Source: Alphaproteobacteria bacterium
GTDB lineage: Bacteria > Pseudomonadota > Alphaproteobacteria > UBA828
DNA length: 64,000 bases
Reading direction: 5' to 3'
NCBI GenBank assembly: GCA_965214705.1
Contig: OZ243972.1
Span: forward strand, 1,056,001 to 1,120,000
A program made the translations under genes and the position numbers. The notes under the pieces are model-generated. The model did not search any database. It worked only from the letters and a program-made list of their open reading frames with translations, and was not told the origin of the DNA. Positions 50,780 through 59,932 of this stretch are shown piece by piece. Within the stretch, counting starts at the first letter, position 1; the number at the start of each line of letters is the position of its first letter.

Positions 50780-51595
50780 ATGCGAAGGTTTCATCTGCAT
50801 CTGGTCTCGGACGCTACCGGCGAGACCTGTATCACCATAGCGCGCGCGGCGGCAGCGCAATTCCAGGGCGTGGATGCAGTCGAGCACCTGTGGTCGCTGG
50901 TGCGCACCGAGAGTCAGCTGCGGCAAGTTCTCGCCCACGTCGAGGCGGAGCCCGGCGTCGTGATGTTCACCCTCGTCGACCCGCAGCTTCAAGCCCTCCT
51001 GCACGAGGAATGCCGGCGTATCGAAGTTCCGTGCATCCCACTGCTCGACACGGCGATCACAGCGTTGAGCGGCTTCCTCGGCATCGAGAGCCGCAATCAG
51101 CCGGGTAGCCAACACGTCATGGACGAAGCCTATCTCAAGCGCATTGAGGCGATGAACTACGCGCTCGCCCACGACGACGGGCACTCGCCGACATCGCTGC
51201 GGGAGGCGGATATCGTGCTCGTCGGCGTATCGCGGACATCGAAGACACCGACCTGTTTCTATCTCGCCAATCGCGGCCTCAAGGCGGCTAACGTGCCGGT
51301 GGTGCCTGGTAGTCCGCTGCCGCCGGAGCTTGCAGCACCGCAGGGTGCGCTGGTGGTTGGCCTCACCTGTCACCCGGAGCAGCTGATCGATATCCGGCGA
51401 AGCCGCATGCGCATGATCGGGGATATCGGCGAGACCGCCTACGTAGACCCCCTTCAGGTCGAGGAGGAGGTGCGGCAGGCACGACGCTTGTACGCAGAGG
51501 CGGGATGGCCGGTGATCGACGTGACCCACCGCTCGATCGAAGAAACAGCCGCCGCGATTCTTCAGCTATACGACCGCCGCGCCCTCTCCCCCTGA
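50780..51595 (+). CDS. ppsR: Pyruvate/PEP dikinase regulatory protein (kinase/pyrophosphorylase)
   Basis: LVSDATGET, HDDG, GVSRTSKTP, SIEETAA. Confidence 0.93.
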   Translation: MRRFHLHLVSDATGETCITIARAAAAQFQGVDAVEHLWSLVRTESQLRQVLAHVEAEPGVVMFTLVDPQLQALLHEECRRIEVPCIPLLDTAITALSGFLGIESRNQPGSQHVMDEAYLKRIEAMNYALAHDDGHSPTSLREADIVLVGVSRTSKTPTCFYLANRGLKAANVPVVPGSPLPPELAAPQGALVVGLTCHPEQLIDIRRSRMRMIGDIGETAYVDPLQVEEEVRQARRLYAEAGWPVIDVTHRSIEETAAAILQLYDRRALSP

Positions 51596-51667
51596 GCGGT
51601 TGGCGCGGCGCAGGAAGCGTATATTCTGCGGCGCAGTAAGAGCGAGCCGGGACAGGAAAGCGGACCT

Positions 51668-52309
51668 ATGGCGATGGCTGAGGCGGACCCAGCCTTGCAC
51701 GGAGAGGCCGGCGAACGGAATGTGGTGCTCGCCTCTCAGGCGGCGGTGCGGGCGGCGATGCTGCGGTCGGCAGGCGTCTCCTTCTCGGTCCAGCCGGCGC
51801 GGGTGGACGAGGGTGCGGTCAAGGAGGCCATGCGGGCCGAGGATCCCGAGGGCCACGGGACCGCACGGGCGCTCGCCGCTCTCAAGGCCCGCCGGGTCAG
51901 TACTGGTGTGCCAGGCGCCTTCGTCATCGGCGCGGATCAGCTCCTGGTCTGCGGCGACGAGTGGTTCGACAAGCCGGTGGATGTGGCCGATGCCAGGGGG
52001 CAGCTTCAGCGGTTGCGCGGACGGCGCCACACGCTGGTGACCGCGGTCTCCGTGGTCCGCGACGGGGCCGAGATCTGGGGCGACCTGGCGTGCCCGGCGT
52101 TGACCATGCGTCCTTTCTCCGACGCCTTTCTGGAGCGCTATCTGGAGCGTGCAGGCGACGGAATCCTTGCTTGCGTCGGGGGCTACGAGGCCGAGGGTCT
52201 GGGCGCGCAGCTGCTCGCGGAGATCGAAGGAGATTGGTTCGCGGTGCTGGGCCTGCCGCTGCTGCCACTGTTGGCGTTCCTCCGCGAGCACGGGCTGGTG
52301 GAGACATGA
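51668..52309 (+). CDS. maf: Maf family nucleotide pyrophosphatase
   Basis: VLASQ...R, IGADQ, KP, LGLPLLP. Confidence 0.9.
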   Translation: MAMAEADPALHGEAGERNVVLASQAAVRAAMLRSAGVSFSVQPARVDEGAVKEAMRAEDPEGHGTARALAALKARRVSTGVPGAFVIGADQLLVCGDEWFDKPVDVADARGQLQRLRGRRHTLVTAVSVVRDGAEIWGDLACPALTMRPFSDAFLERYLERAGDGILACVGGYEAEGLGAQLLAEIEGDWFAVLGLPLLPLLAFLREHGLVET

Positions 52310-53145
52310 TTCTCTCCGGCGCGGCGCGGCTGGCCGGGGTCATGGGCTGGCCGGTGGCGCATTCGCGCTCGCCGCGTATCCACGGTTACTGGCTCGAGGA
52401 GAAGGAGATCGACGGCGCCTACCTGCCACTCGCGGTCCGGCCCGAGAGGCTCGACGCGGCGCTCGCGGCGCTTCCTGCCCTGGGTTTTCGCGGGTGCAAC
52501 CTGACCGCCCCGCACAAGGAGGCTGCGCTCGCGCGCATGGATACGCTGTCGGAGACCGCGCGCCGGATCGGTGCGGTGAACACCGTGACGGTCGGGGACG
52601 ACGGGGCGCTGCACGGCGACAACACCGACGGCTATGGCTTTATCAGCCACCTGCGCCAGGAAGCGCCGGGCTGGGGGACTGGGGCGCCGGTGGCGGTGCT
52701 GGGCGCCGGCGGCGCGGCGCGGGCGGTGTTGGATGCTCTCTCTGCCGCGGGCGTTTCCGAAATCCGCCTGCTCAACCGTACGGGCGCGCGCGCGGCGGCG
52801 CTCGCGGAGGAGGCGGGCGAGACGGTGCATCCCCTGCCGTGGGACCGGCGGACCCACGCGTTGGCGGACTGCGGTTTGCTGGTCAACACCACACAGCTCG
52901 GTCAGGCGGGCAAGCCTGCGCTCGATCTCGCTCTCGACCGGCTGCCGGCCGATGCGGTGGTCTACGACCTGGTCTATGCGCCGTTGGAGACAGACCTGCT
53001 CAAGGCGGCGCGGGCGCGCGGGCATGTGGCGGTGGATGGGCTCGGCATGTTGATCCACCAAGCCCGGCCCGGCTTCGCCGCCTGGTTCGGGGCCGAGGCC
53101 GAGGCCACGGCGGCGCTCCGCTCATTTGCCGCCGAAGGGCTGTGA
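52306..53145 (+). CDS. aroE: Shikimate dehydrogenase
   Basis: HSRSP, NLTAPHKE, GAVNT, NTDG, GAGGAARA, DGLGML. Confidence 0.95.
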   Translation: MILSGAARLAGVMGWPVAHSRSPRIHGYWLEEKEIDGAYLPLAVRPERLDAALAALPALGFRGCNLTAPHKEAALARMDTLSETARRIGAVNTVTVGDDGALHGDNTDGYGFISHLRQEAPGWGTGAPVAVLGAGGAARAVLDALSAAGVSEIRLLNRTGARAAALAEEAGETVHPLPWDRRTHALADCGLLVNTTQLGQAGKPALDLALDRLPADAVVYDLVYAPLETDLLKAARARGHVAVDGLGMLIHQARPGFAAWFGAEAEATAALRSFAAEGL

Positions 53146-53157
53146 CGGGGGCCGGCC

Positions 53158-53826
53158 GTGGTCATCCTCGGCCTCACCGGCTCCATCGGCATGGGCAAGA
53201 CCACCGTTGCGAACGCCCTGCGCGATTCCGGCGCCACCGTCTTCGACGCCGATGCGGCGGTGCACCGGCTGCTTGCGGCCGGTGGCGCTGCGGTGGCGCC
53301 GGTGCTGGCGCGCTTTCCCGATGCCGGGATGGGCGAGGGTGCAGCGCGCGCGGTCGACCGGGGGGTGCTCGGCGCGACGGTCTTCGCGGATCCCGAAGCC
53401 TTGGCGGAACTCGAGGCGATGCTGCACCCCCTGGTCCGTGCGGGCGAGCGGCACTTCCTCTCGGCCAGCCAGCGCCGCGGCTGCCGTCTCGCGGTGCTCG
53501 ACGTGCCGCTGCTGTTCGAAACCGGCGGCGACGCCCGTTGCGACGCGACGCTGGTGGTCTCGGCACCTGCCTTCGTACAGCGCGCGCGGGTGCTGGGCCG
53601 GGCCCGGATGACCGAGGAGCGGCTGGCCGCTATCCTCGCTCGTCAGATGCCGGACTGGGAGAAGCGCCGGCGCGCGGATTTCGTGATCCGCACGGGGCTC
53701 GACAGACGGGTCTCGCGGCTCGCCGCGCGGCGGATCGCGGCCCGCCTCTCCAGCGAGCGCGGCATCCGCTGGCCGCGCTGCTGGGCCGGCGCGCTGGTGC
53801 AGGCTGGAGGACGTGGCCATGCGTGA
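53158..53826 (+). CDS. coaE: Dephospho-CoA kinase
   Basis: GLTGSIGMGKTT, DAD, HP, DVPLLFE. Confidence 0.95.
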   Translation: MVILGLTGSIGMGKTTVANALRDSGATVFDADAAVHRLLAAGGAAVAPVLARFPDAGMGEGAARAVDRGVLGATVFADPEALAELEAMLHPLVRAGERHFLSASQRRGCRLAVLDVPLLFETGGDARCDATLVVSAPAFVQRARVLGRARMTEERLAAILARQMPDWEKRRRADFVIRTGLDRRVSRLAARRIAARLSSERGIRWPRCWAGALVQAGGRGHA

Positions 53827-54496
53827 GGTCGTGCTCGACACCGAGACCACCGGCATCGATCCGGTGGCAGGCCACAGGATCGTCGAGGTCGGTGCGGTCG
53901 AGCTGGTCAACCACATCCCTTCCGGCCGGCGCTTCCAGCGTTATCTGGACCCCGAGCGTGACATGCCGGAGGACGCCGAGCGCGTGCACGGGCTCACCCG
54001 CGCCTTCCTCGCCAAGCACCGGCGCTTCGCCGACGAAGTTGAGGCGCTGCTCGCTTTCATCGACGATGCCAAGCTCGTCATGCACAACGCGCCCTTCGAT
54101 CTCGGCTTCCTCAATGCCGAGCTGGAGCGCATCCGCAGGGCCCCGATCCCGGCGGAGCGGACGGTGGATACGCTCTCCATTGCGCGGCGCAAGTATCCTG
54201 GCGCGCCGGCGAGCCTCGATGCGCTCTGCAAGCGCTTCGGGATCGACCGGTCGATGCGGGAGAAGCACGGCGCGTTGCTGGATGCCGAGCTGCTCACCGA
54301 GGTCTATCTGGAGCTTACCGGCGGCCGCCAGCCTGGGCTCGAGCTGCAGCGGGCGGCGCCGGTGCGGGACGCAGCGCCCGTGCCCCGTGCCGACCGTGCG
54401 GCGCGTGCGCCGCGGCCGCACGAACCCACTGCGGAAGAGGTGGCGGCCCATGCCGCCTTCGTCGCCACCCTCAAAGACCCGATCTGGAACGACTGA
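53819..54496 (+). CDS. dnaQ: DNA polymerase III epsilon subunit
   Basis: LDTETTG, HNAPFD, HGALLDAELL. Confidence 0.96.
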   Translation: MREVVLDTETTGIDPVAGHRIVEVGAVELVNHIPSGRRFQRYLDPERDMPEDAERVHGLTRAFLAKHRRFADEVEALLAFIDDAKLVMHNAPFDLGFLNAELERIRRAPIPAERTVDTLSIARRKYPGAPASLDALCKRFGIDRSMREKHGALLDAELLTEVYLELTGGRQPGLELQRAAPVRDAAPVPRADRAARAPRPHEPTAEEVAAHAAFVATLKDPIWND

Positions 54497-54589
54497 GGGG
54501 AGGGGACCGGGGCGGGCGTGGCGCCGCCTCGACACCCTACCGGCAATGCGGCAGGATCGCGCGGCTGTTGCGAAGAGGGAGAGGCCGCC

Positions 54590-55324
54590 ATGACCTACAC
54601 AGTGCTTGCCAGCAATCCGGACACCGGCGAGATCGGAATCGCGTCCACGACAATCACGATCAACTTCAGCCGGACCTTCCCGGTGCACCGGCACCTCGTG
54701 CCCGACCTGACGGAGCGGGGGATCATCGTTGCCCCGATGGCGACCATCCATCCGCAGAACGGCCACCGGCTCTGCGATCTGCGGGATGCCGGGGTCGGCT
54801 GGGACGACATGGAGGCCGAGCTGGAGAAGCACGATGAGCACTGGAGCTGGCGGCAGATCGGCGCGGTGACGGCCACCGGCGAGACCTGGGTCCGCACCGG
54901 GTCTGACGCCTGGAACCACGCGAGCCATGTCGTGGCCGAGGGCTCGATCGCGATGGGCAACTACATGGATGGCCCCGGACCGGTGCAGGCGATGGCCAAG
55001 GCGCTTGAGGACAACCGGGGCGAGGCGATGGACGAAAGGCTGCTGCGCGCCATAGAGGCTGGCAAGGCCGCCGGCGGGCAGGGTCAGCCGGATCTCGGCC
55101 CGGTGCCGGAATCCTGGGCGATGATCCAGGTGTTCAACGGCAAGCAGCCGTGGCCGGCGGTCGACGTGCGGGTGGACTTCGACGTAGACCCGGTGCCGAA
55201 GCTGCGGCGCCTGGTCACGCAGCTCAAGAACATGGACAAGGTGCTGCACACGATGTCGTTCGACCCGTCGCGGACGTTCGACGTCTACGGCGTGGTCTTC
55301 GACATGTACAACGCCCAAGTTTAG
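54590..55324 (+). CDS. DUF1028 family (Ntn-hydrolase-like) protein
   Basis: MTYTVLA..P.TGEIGIA, RQIGAV, GN, AGG, DVRVD...P. Confidence 0.75.
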   Translation: MTYTVLASNPDTGEIGIASTTITINFSRTFPVHRHLVPDLTERGIIVAPMATIHPQNGHRLCDLRDAGVGWDDMEAELEKHDEHWSWRQIGAVTATGETWVRTGSDAWNHASHVVAEGSIAMGNYMDGPGPVQAMAKALEDNRGEAMDERLLRAIEAGKAAGGQGQPDLGPVPESWAMIQVFNGKQPWPAVDVRVDFDVDPVPKLRRLVTQLKNMDKVLHTMSFDPSRTFDVYGVVFDMYNAQV

Positions 55325-55360
55325 CTCGGTTCCCCGGCTTCCGGGGCGCAGGCGAGCCTG

Positions 55361-56212
55361 TCAACCGATCCGGGCCATCACCCCGCCGTCGACCGGGAGC
55401 GCCACGCCGGTGATGAAGCGGCCGGCGTCGGAGGCGAGGAAGAGCGAGGCCTGGGCCACGTCCCAGGCGCTGCCCATGCCGCCCCTGAGCGGGCTCCAGG
55501 TGTCGCGGTCGGCGGCGATCTCCTCGCGCGGCTTGCCGTAGCGGCGGGCCTGCGTGTCCACCGCCATGGGCGTGTCCATGTAGCCCGGCAGGATGGCGTT
55601 CACGCGCACACCGTCGGGCGCGCAGTCGAGCGCAAGCTGTCGGGAGAAGGCGATCATCCCCGCCTTGCTGGTCTTGTAGGTGACCGACTTGTAGTCGACC
55701 ACGGCTGCAATCGACGAGATGTTGGTGATCACGCCGCTGCCCTGGCCGCGCATGACCGGGACCACGTGCTTGCAGGCCATCACCGTGCCGCGCAGGTTGA
55801 TCGCCATCACCCGGTCGAAGCTCGCCTCGTCGAGGTCGGCGAGCGGCGAATCCCCGCCGGTGTAAGCGACGCCCACGTTGTTCTGCAGCACGTCGATGCG
55901 CCCGTGCCGCTCGACGACCGAGCGGACGACAGCGAGCAGCGCCTGCTCATCGGTCACGTCGGCGACCATCGCCTCGGCGGCACCGCCTTCCGCCTGGATC
56001 ATGGTGGCAGTTTCCTCGGCGGACTTCCGGTCGCGGTCGAGTGCGACCACGTGCGCGCCGGCGCGGGCGAAGAGCACGCAGGCGGCGCGGCCGTTGCCGA
56101 TCACCGGCCCTGGCGTCTGGCCGGCGCCGGCGACGATCGCGACCCGGCCGTCGAGGCTCAGCGTCGGGCTTTGCCAGGGCGCCGCGATGGCGGCAGGGGA
56201 AGCTTCGGTCAT
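55361..56212 (-). CDS. SDR family oxidoreductase
   Basis: GAGQTPGPVIGNG, NNVG, YKTSK, VNAILPG, VDGG. Confidence 0.9.
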   Translation of the reverse strand: MTEASPAAIAAPWQSPTLSLDGRVAIVAGAGQTPGPVIGNGRAACVLFARAGAHVVALDRDRKSAEETATMIQAEGGAAEAMVADVTDEQALLAVVRSVVERHGRIDVLQNNVGVAYTGGDSPLADLDEASFDRVMAINLRGTVMACKHVVPVMRGQGSGVITNISSIAAVVDYKSVTYKTSKAGMIAFSRQLALDCAPDGVRVNAILPGYMDTPMAVDTQARRYGKPREEIAADRDTWSPLRGGMGSAWDVAQASLFLASDAGRFITGVALPVDGGVMARIG

Positions 56213-56365
56213 GGCGATACTCAGGCGGTGGCGGAGGCAGCGCGGGAAGGCTGTGAGCGTGCCCGCAGCTTGTCAAGGCAGGCGGTTGCGCCGCGGCGCA
56301 GTGCGTGAGAGCGTGCGCCGCGCTTCACACGCCGCGATCAGACACCGAACCGGGAGCAGTTAGCC

Positions 56366-57202
56366 ATGAAGATCGGCGCCGTCATCTTCGCCACAGACTA
56401 TTGCATCGCGCTGACCGAGCTCGCGCCTGCGCTTGAGGAGCGGGGGTTCGACTCGCTCTTCGTGCCCGAGCACACCCACATCCCCGCCAGCCGGCGCTCG
56501 CCCTGGCGGGGCGGCGGAGAGCTGCCACGGGAATACTCCCACACGCTCGACCCGTTCGTGGGCCTCGCGGCGGCTGCGGCGGTGACCAGCACGCTCCGCC
56601 TCGGCACCGGTATTTGCCTCGTGACCGAGCGCGACCCCATCGTCACGGCGAAGGCGGTGGCGAGCCTCGATCTGGTCTCCGGCGGGCGCTTCGACTTCGG
56701 TATCGGCGCGGGCTGGAATGCGGAAGAAATGGAGCACCACGGCACCCGCTTCGAGACCCGCTTTCGGGTCATGGAGGACCGGGTCAAGGCGATGCAGGCA
56801 CTCTGGGCTGCGGACGAGGCGAGCTACGAGGGCGAGTTCACGTCCTTCGAGCCGAGCTGGTCCTGGCCCAAGCCGGTGCAGAAGCCACATCCGCCGATCC
56901 TGCTGGGCGGCGAGTCCGTGCACACGATGCGCCGGATCATGGACTTCTGCTCGGGCTGGTTCCCGCGCGGCCCGCTTCTGCCCGATCCCGCAGACGGCAT
57001 GGCCAGGCTCCGCGCCGCCGCCGAAGAGGCCGGACGCGACCCGGCCACGGTGTCAGCCACGGTCTTCGGCGCCAAGCCAGAGGAAGGCTATCTCGCGGCC
57101 TGCCGGGAAGCCGGGATGGACCGTGCGCTGCTGATCCTGCCGCCGGACGGACGCGACGGGGTGATGCCGGTCGTCGATCGCTACGCGGCGCTCATCGGCT
57201 GA
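56366..57202 (+). CDS. LLM-class putative F420-dependent oxidoreductase (Rv2161c-like)
   Basis: GFDSLFVPEHTHIP, DPFV, LGTGICL, GAGWNAEEM, PKPVQKPHPPILLGG. Confidence 0.85.
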   Translation: MKIGAVIFATDYCIALTELAPALEERGFDSLFVPEHTHIPASRRSPWRGGGELPREYSHTLDPFVGLAAAAAVTSTLRLGTGICLVTERDPIVTAKAVASLDLVSGGRFDFGIGAGWNAEEMEHHGTRFETRFRVMEDRVKAMQALWAADEASYEGEFTSFEPSWSWPKPVQKPHPPILLGGESVHTMRRIMDFCSGWFPRGPLLPDPADGMARLRAAAEEAGRDPATVSATVFGAKPEEGYLAACREAGMDRALLILPPDGRDGVMPVVDRYAALIG

Positions 57203-58676
57203 GCGAACGCCGGCCGAGGTGGGCCGGAGTCAACGAGCGAAAAGCCTCTCTCGCAGCCTCGGCGCCGAGTGCCCCCCAGAGCGCGCCGCCGAGCACGGCA
57301 CCCCCAAGCGCACCCCATGGCTTGCGATCCGCAAGCGGCTGCACGGCGCCGCGCCTGCCCTTGACGCGGACCTTGAAGGATTCGGCCGGCGCGGGCACGG
57401 GGAACTGCGTGGTCTTCAGGCTGTAACCAGCCCGGTCGAGGTCGAGGTCAACCTCGTGCAGGATGGTCGCCATAGTCGCGGCGATCTGCACCTCGGCGAA
57501 GCCGTTGCCGAGGCAGCGATGGGGGCCGAGGCCGAAGGGCGCGTAGACGTAGGGCTGCTTGTGCTCCGCCCGCTCCGGCGTGTAGCGGTCGATGTCGAAG
57601 CGCTCGGGCTCGGGGAAGTATTCCGGCAAGTAGTGCGGCACGGCGGTGGCGATGATCAACCGCTCGCCGGCGGGGATGCGATGGCCTGCGAACTCGAAGG
57701 AGTTGGCAGCGGTGCGGATGAGCATCGGGGTCACCGGATACATCCGCATGGTTTCCATGGCCGCGCGGTGCGTCGCGTCCATCTCGCGCAACGCCTGCTC
57801 GGCCGGCGCGTCGCCGTTGAGGAGGGCGTCGGCCTCCTCCCGCACCTTCGCCAGCACGTCCGGGTTGCGCAGCAGCGCGTACAGCATGAAAGCGGAGGTG
57901 CCCGCCACCGTGTCCAGCGCCGCGACGAAGGGGCCCATCGCTGCGATCTTCAGGTCCGCCTCGGGAAAGAACTTCGGGTCGGCGTCGTGCAAGTCCAGCA
58001 GGTCGTCGATCAGGTCCGGCTCCGCGCCGTGCCGCTCCCGCATCGTGCCCGTGTGGCACTCGATCACCTCGTGGTAGAGCTTGTCCACCTGCGCCGAGGC
58101 GCGGCGGAAGCGCGGCGACCAGCGCACATAGGTGCCGGGGACCAGGGTGGCCGAGAGCAGCCCGTGAACGTAGCGGACCAGGTCGTCGTTGTAGGGGCGG
58201 GGCGAAACGCCAGCCACCAGGGTGCCCACCTGGTCGGTAACGATCCGCTGCAGCGCCGGCACCGCAGGCATGGGCCGGTCGGCGGGCCATGCGTCGATCT
58301 CCCGGCGGGCGATGTCAACCAGGCCGTCGATGTGCTCCAAGGCGTACTCGCGGGAATAGCCCCGCCGTAGCGTGCGGCGAAATGCCGCGTGGTCGGGTCC
58401 GTCGGCGCTCAGCGTCGACCGCGCGGCGCCGAACCAGGCGTTGAAGCCGCTCCAGAACTCGAACGAGCGAACGTGCTTCGTGCCCTCCCGCGCGAGGAAG
58501 CGGTTGGCCTCCATCCCTGCCAGCACGGTGAAGCGCCGGTTGAGCAGCCGCATGCCGTAGACCGGCCCGAGTTCCAGGTAACTGTCGGTCATGAAGGCGC
58601 GTATGTCGCGCGCCATGTCGAAGACGCTGCCGACGACCGGCAGGCCCCGCGCCAGCGGAATCGTCGAAGACGCCAT
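57192..58676 (-). CDS. Cytochrome P450 with Gly-rich C-terminal extension
   Basis: I-helix AALDT, ETMR (ExxR), PERF, FGLGPHRCLG heme-Cys motif. Confidence 0.93.
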   Translation of the reverse strand: MASSTIPLARGLPVVGSVFDMARDIRAFMTDSYLELGPVYGMRLLNRRFTVLAGMEANRFLAREGTKHVRSFEFWSGFNAWFGAARSTLSADGPDHAAFRRTLRRGYSREYALEHIDGLVDIARREIDAWPADRPMPAVPALQRIVTDQVGTLVAGVSPRPYNDDLVRYVHGLLSATLVPGTYVRWSPRFRRASAQVDKLYHEVIECHTGTMRERHGAEPDLIDDLLDLHDADPKFFPEADLKIAAMGPFVAALDTVAGTSAFMLYALLRNPDVLAKVREEADALLNGDAPAEQALREMDATHRAAMETMRMYPVTPMLIRTAANSFEFAGHRIPAGERLIIATAVPHYLPEYFPEPERFDIDRYTPERAEHKQPYVYAPFGLGPHRCLGNGFAEVQIAATMATILHEVDLDLDRAGYSLKTTQFPVPAPAESFKVRVKGRRGAVQPLADRKPWGALGGAVLGGALWGALGAEAAREAFRSLTPAHLGRRSLSR

Positions 58677-58947
58677 CTCCCAGCCCTCTGCGGTCGTGCC
58701 CCTGCCCCTTGTCCCGCGGGGCGGGCGGGCTACAGGGTACCGCCGCCTGCTCCTATCATGGGGTGGGTGACGACCGAATACCAGCACTTCCGCTATGTCG
58801 GAAGGCGCGCCCCGGTATGTCGCCGGCGGGCGAACCGGGTGGCGCGAGAACTCGGGCTATTCTGGCTTGTCGCTGCCTCTGTCCGGACTGTTCGGGGGTG
58901 CGCCGCCCGTGCTATAGGCGCGCGCCGACTTCAGGGAGAGAAACACG

Positions 58948-59286
58948 ATGGACGTGACGGTCGAGCGGCAGGACAGCGTGTTGATCGCCCGCGTGAACGG
59001 GCGGATCGATCCTAAAGGCGCCGGGTCGCTGGAGACGACGATCACGGCGGCGCTCCAGAATGGCGACCATGCCATCATCCTGGACTTCGAGCAGCTCACC
59101 TATATTGGTAACGTCGGCGTTCGGGCGCTGCGGATCACCGCTAGGGTCCTGCGCGACCGAGACGTCCGCATGGCCGTCTGCGCGCCGCAGGGTGTCGTCG
59201 CCGCGGTCTTCTCAGGCGGCGGTGTGGACAGGCTCATCGCGGTCTACCAGACCAGGGCCGCGGCGCTCGAGGCCCTCGACGACTGA
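58948..59286 (+). CDS. STAS-domain (anti-sigma antagonist-like) protein
   Basis: VNGRID, ILDFEQLTYI...G; 112 aa; SD GGGAG. Confidence 0.85.
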   Translation: MDVTVERQDSVLIARVNGRIDPKGAGSLETTITAALQNGDHAIILDFEQLTYIGNVGVRALRITARVLRDRDVRMAVCAPQGVVAAVFSGGGVDRLIAVYQTRAAALEALDD

Positions 59287-59356
59287 CTGGGCGCCGCGGT
59301 CTTCTCGGCCGCCCGCCACAGCGAAGGGGAGGATGGCCGCCGAATTGCAGCCCCTC

Positions 59357-59409
59357 TGGTATGCCACTCGCGCATATGTGACTGCCCGCGGGGTTGGCAC
59401 GCGCTATGA
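59357..59409 (+). promoter_or_regulatory. Two candidate sigma54 (-24/-12) promoters
   Basis: TGGTAT-N5-TCGC (59357-59371) and TGGCAC-N5-ATGA (59395-59409); both have imperfect -12 elements. Confidence 0.35.
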
Positions 59410-59511
59410 TCGTTCGTATCGTTCCGCCCCGTCCGGTAGCAGGGACTGGGCGAGGACATGAGATTTCCCACGGGGGCCCAGAGCGGCGCCCGCCCTCCCA
59501 GGGGGTAGAGA

Positions 59512-59724
59512 GTGGACGCGGCACGTATCGTCATCGAGGTCCTGCAGTACTACGGCTATGTCGGGCTCGCCGTCACGGCCGCGTTTCTGCTCTATGGCAT
59601 CGAGCGGGTGGATGAGGGCGCGCGGCGCTCCTACGCTTTTCGGCCGCTGCTCATCCCCGGCTGCATCGTGCTCTGGCCGCTGGTGATCTGCCGCTGGGTC
59701 GCGGCGGAACGGCAGCGCGGCTGA
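59512..59724 (+). CDS. Small membrane protein (70 aa)
   Basis: Two hydrophobic segments, FRPLLIPG...WP; GC3-rich codons; first gene of the cluster. Confidence 0.75.
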   Translation: MDAARIVIEVLQYYGYVGLAVTAAFLLYGIERVDEGARRSYAFRPLLIPGCIVLWPLVICRWVAAERQRG

Positions 59725-59737
59725 GCGGTCCCTCGCC

Positions 59738-59917
59738 ATGCAGCGCCGCCACCGCACTGCCCATGCCTACATGTGGAAGGTTCTCGCGGTCTTCCTGCCC
59801 GCGATGCTGATCGCGGCGCTCGCCATTCGCCAGCACGGGCCGACGGAGAAATCCGCCGTCCAGATCGAAAAGCCCGGAGCGCAAGCCGAAGCGCCCGCCG
59901 CCACGGCGGACGAGTAA
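59738..59917 (+). CDS. Small single-TM protein (59 aa, below the ORF-track cutoff)
   Basis: MQRRHRTAHAYMWKVLAVFLPAMLIAALAIRQHGP...ADE*; GC3-rich; fills the gap between neighbours. Confidence 0.7.
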   Translation: MQRRHRTAHAYMWKVLAVFLPAMLIAALAIRQHGPTEKSAVQIEKPGAQAEAPAATADE

Positions 59918-59932
59918 GGAGGCGGCTGAGCG

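Noticed and set aside
52149-54593. 814-aa alternative-frame ORF over aroE-coaE-dnaQ
   Set aside because: Arg/Gly/Ala-rich shadow frame caused by high GC; no motifs, and fully overlaps real genes
59420-59511. Riboswitch in the leader of the redox cluster
   Set aside because: Only weak GC stems and no recognisable aptamer; a cmscan would be needed
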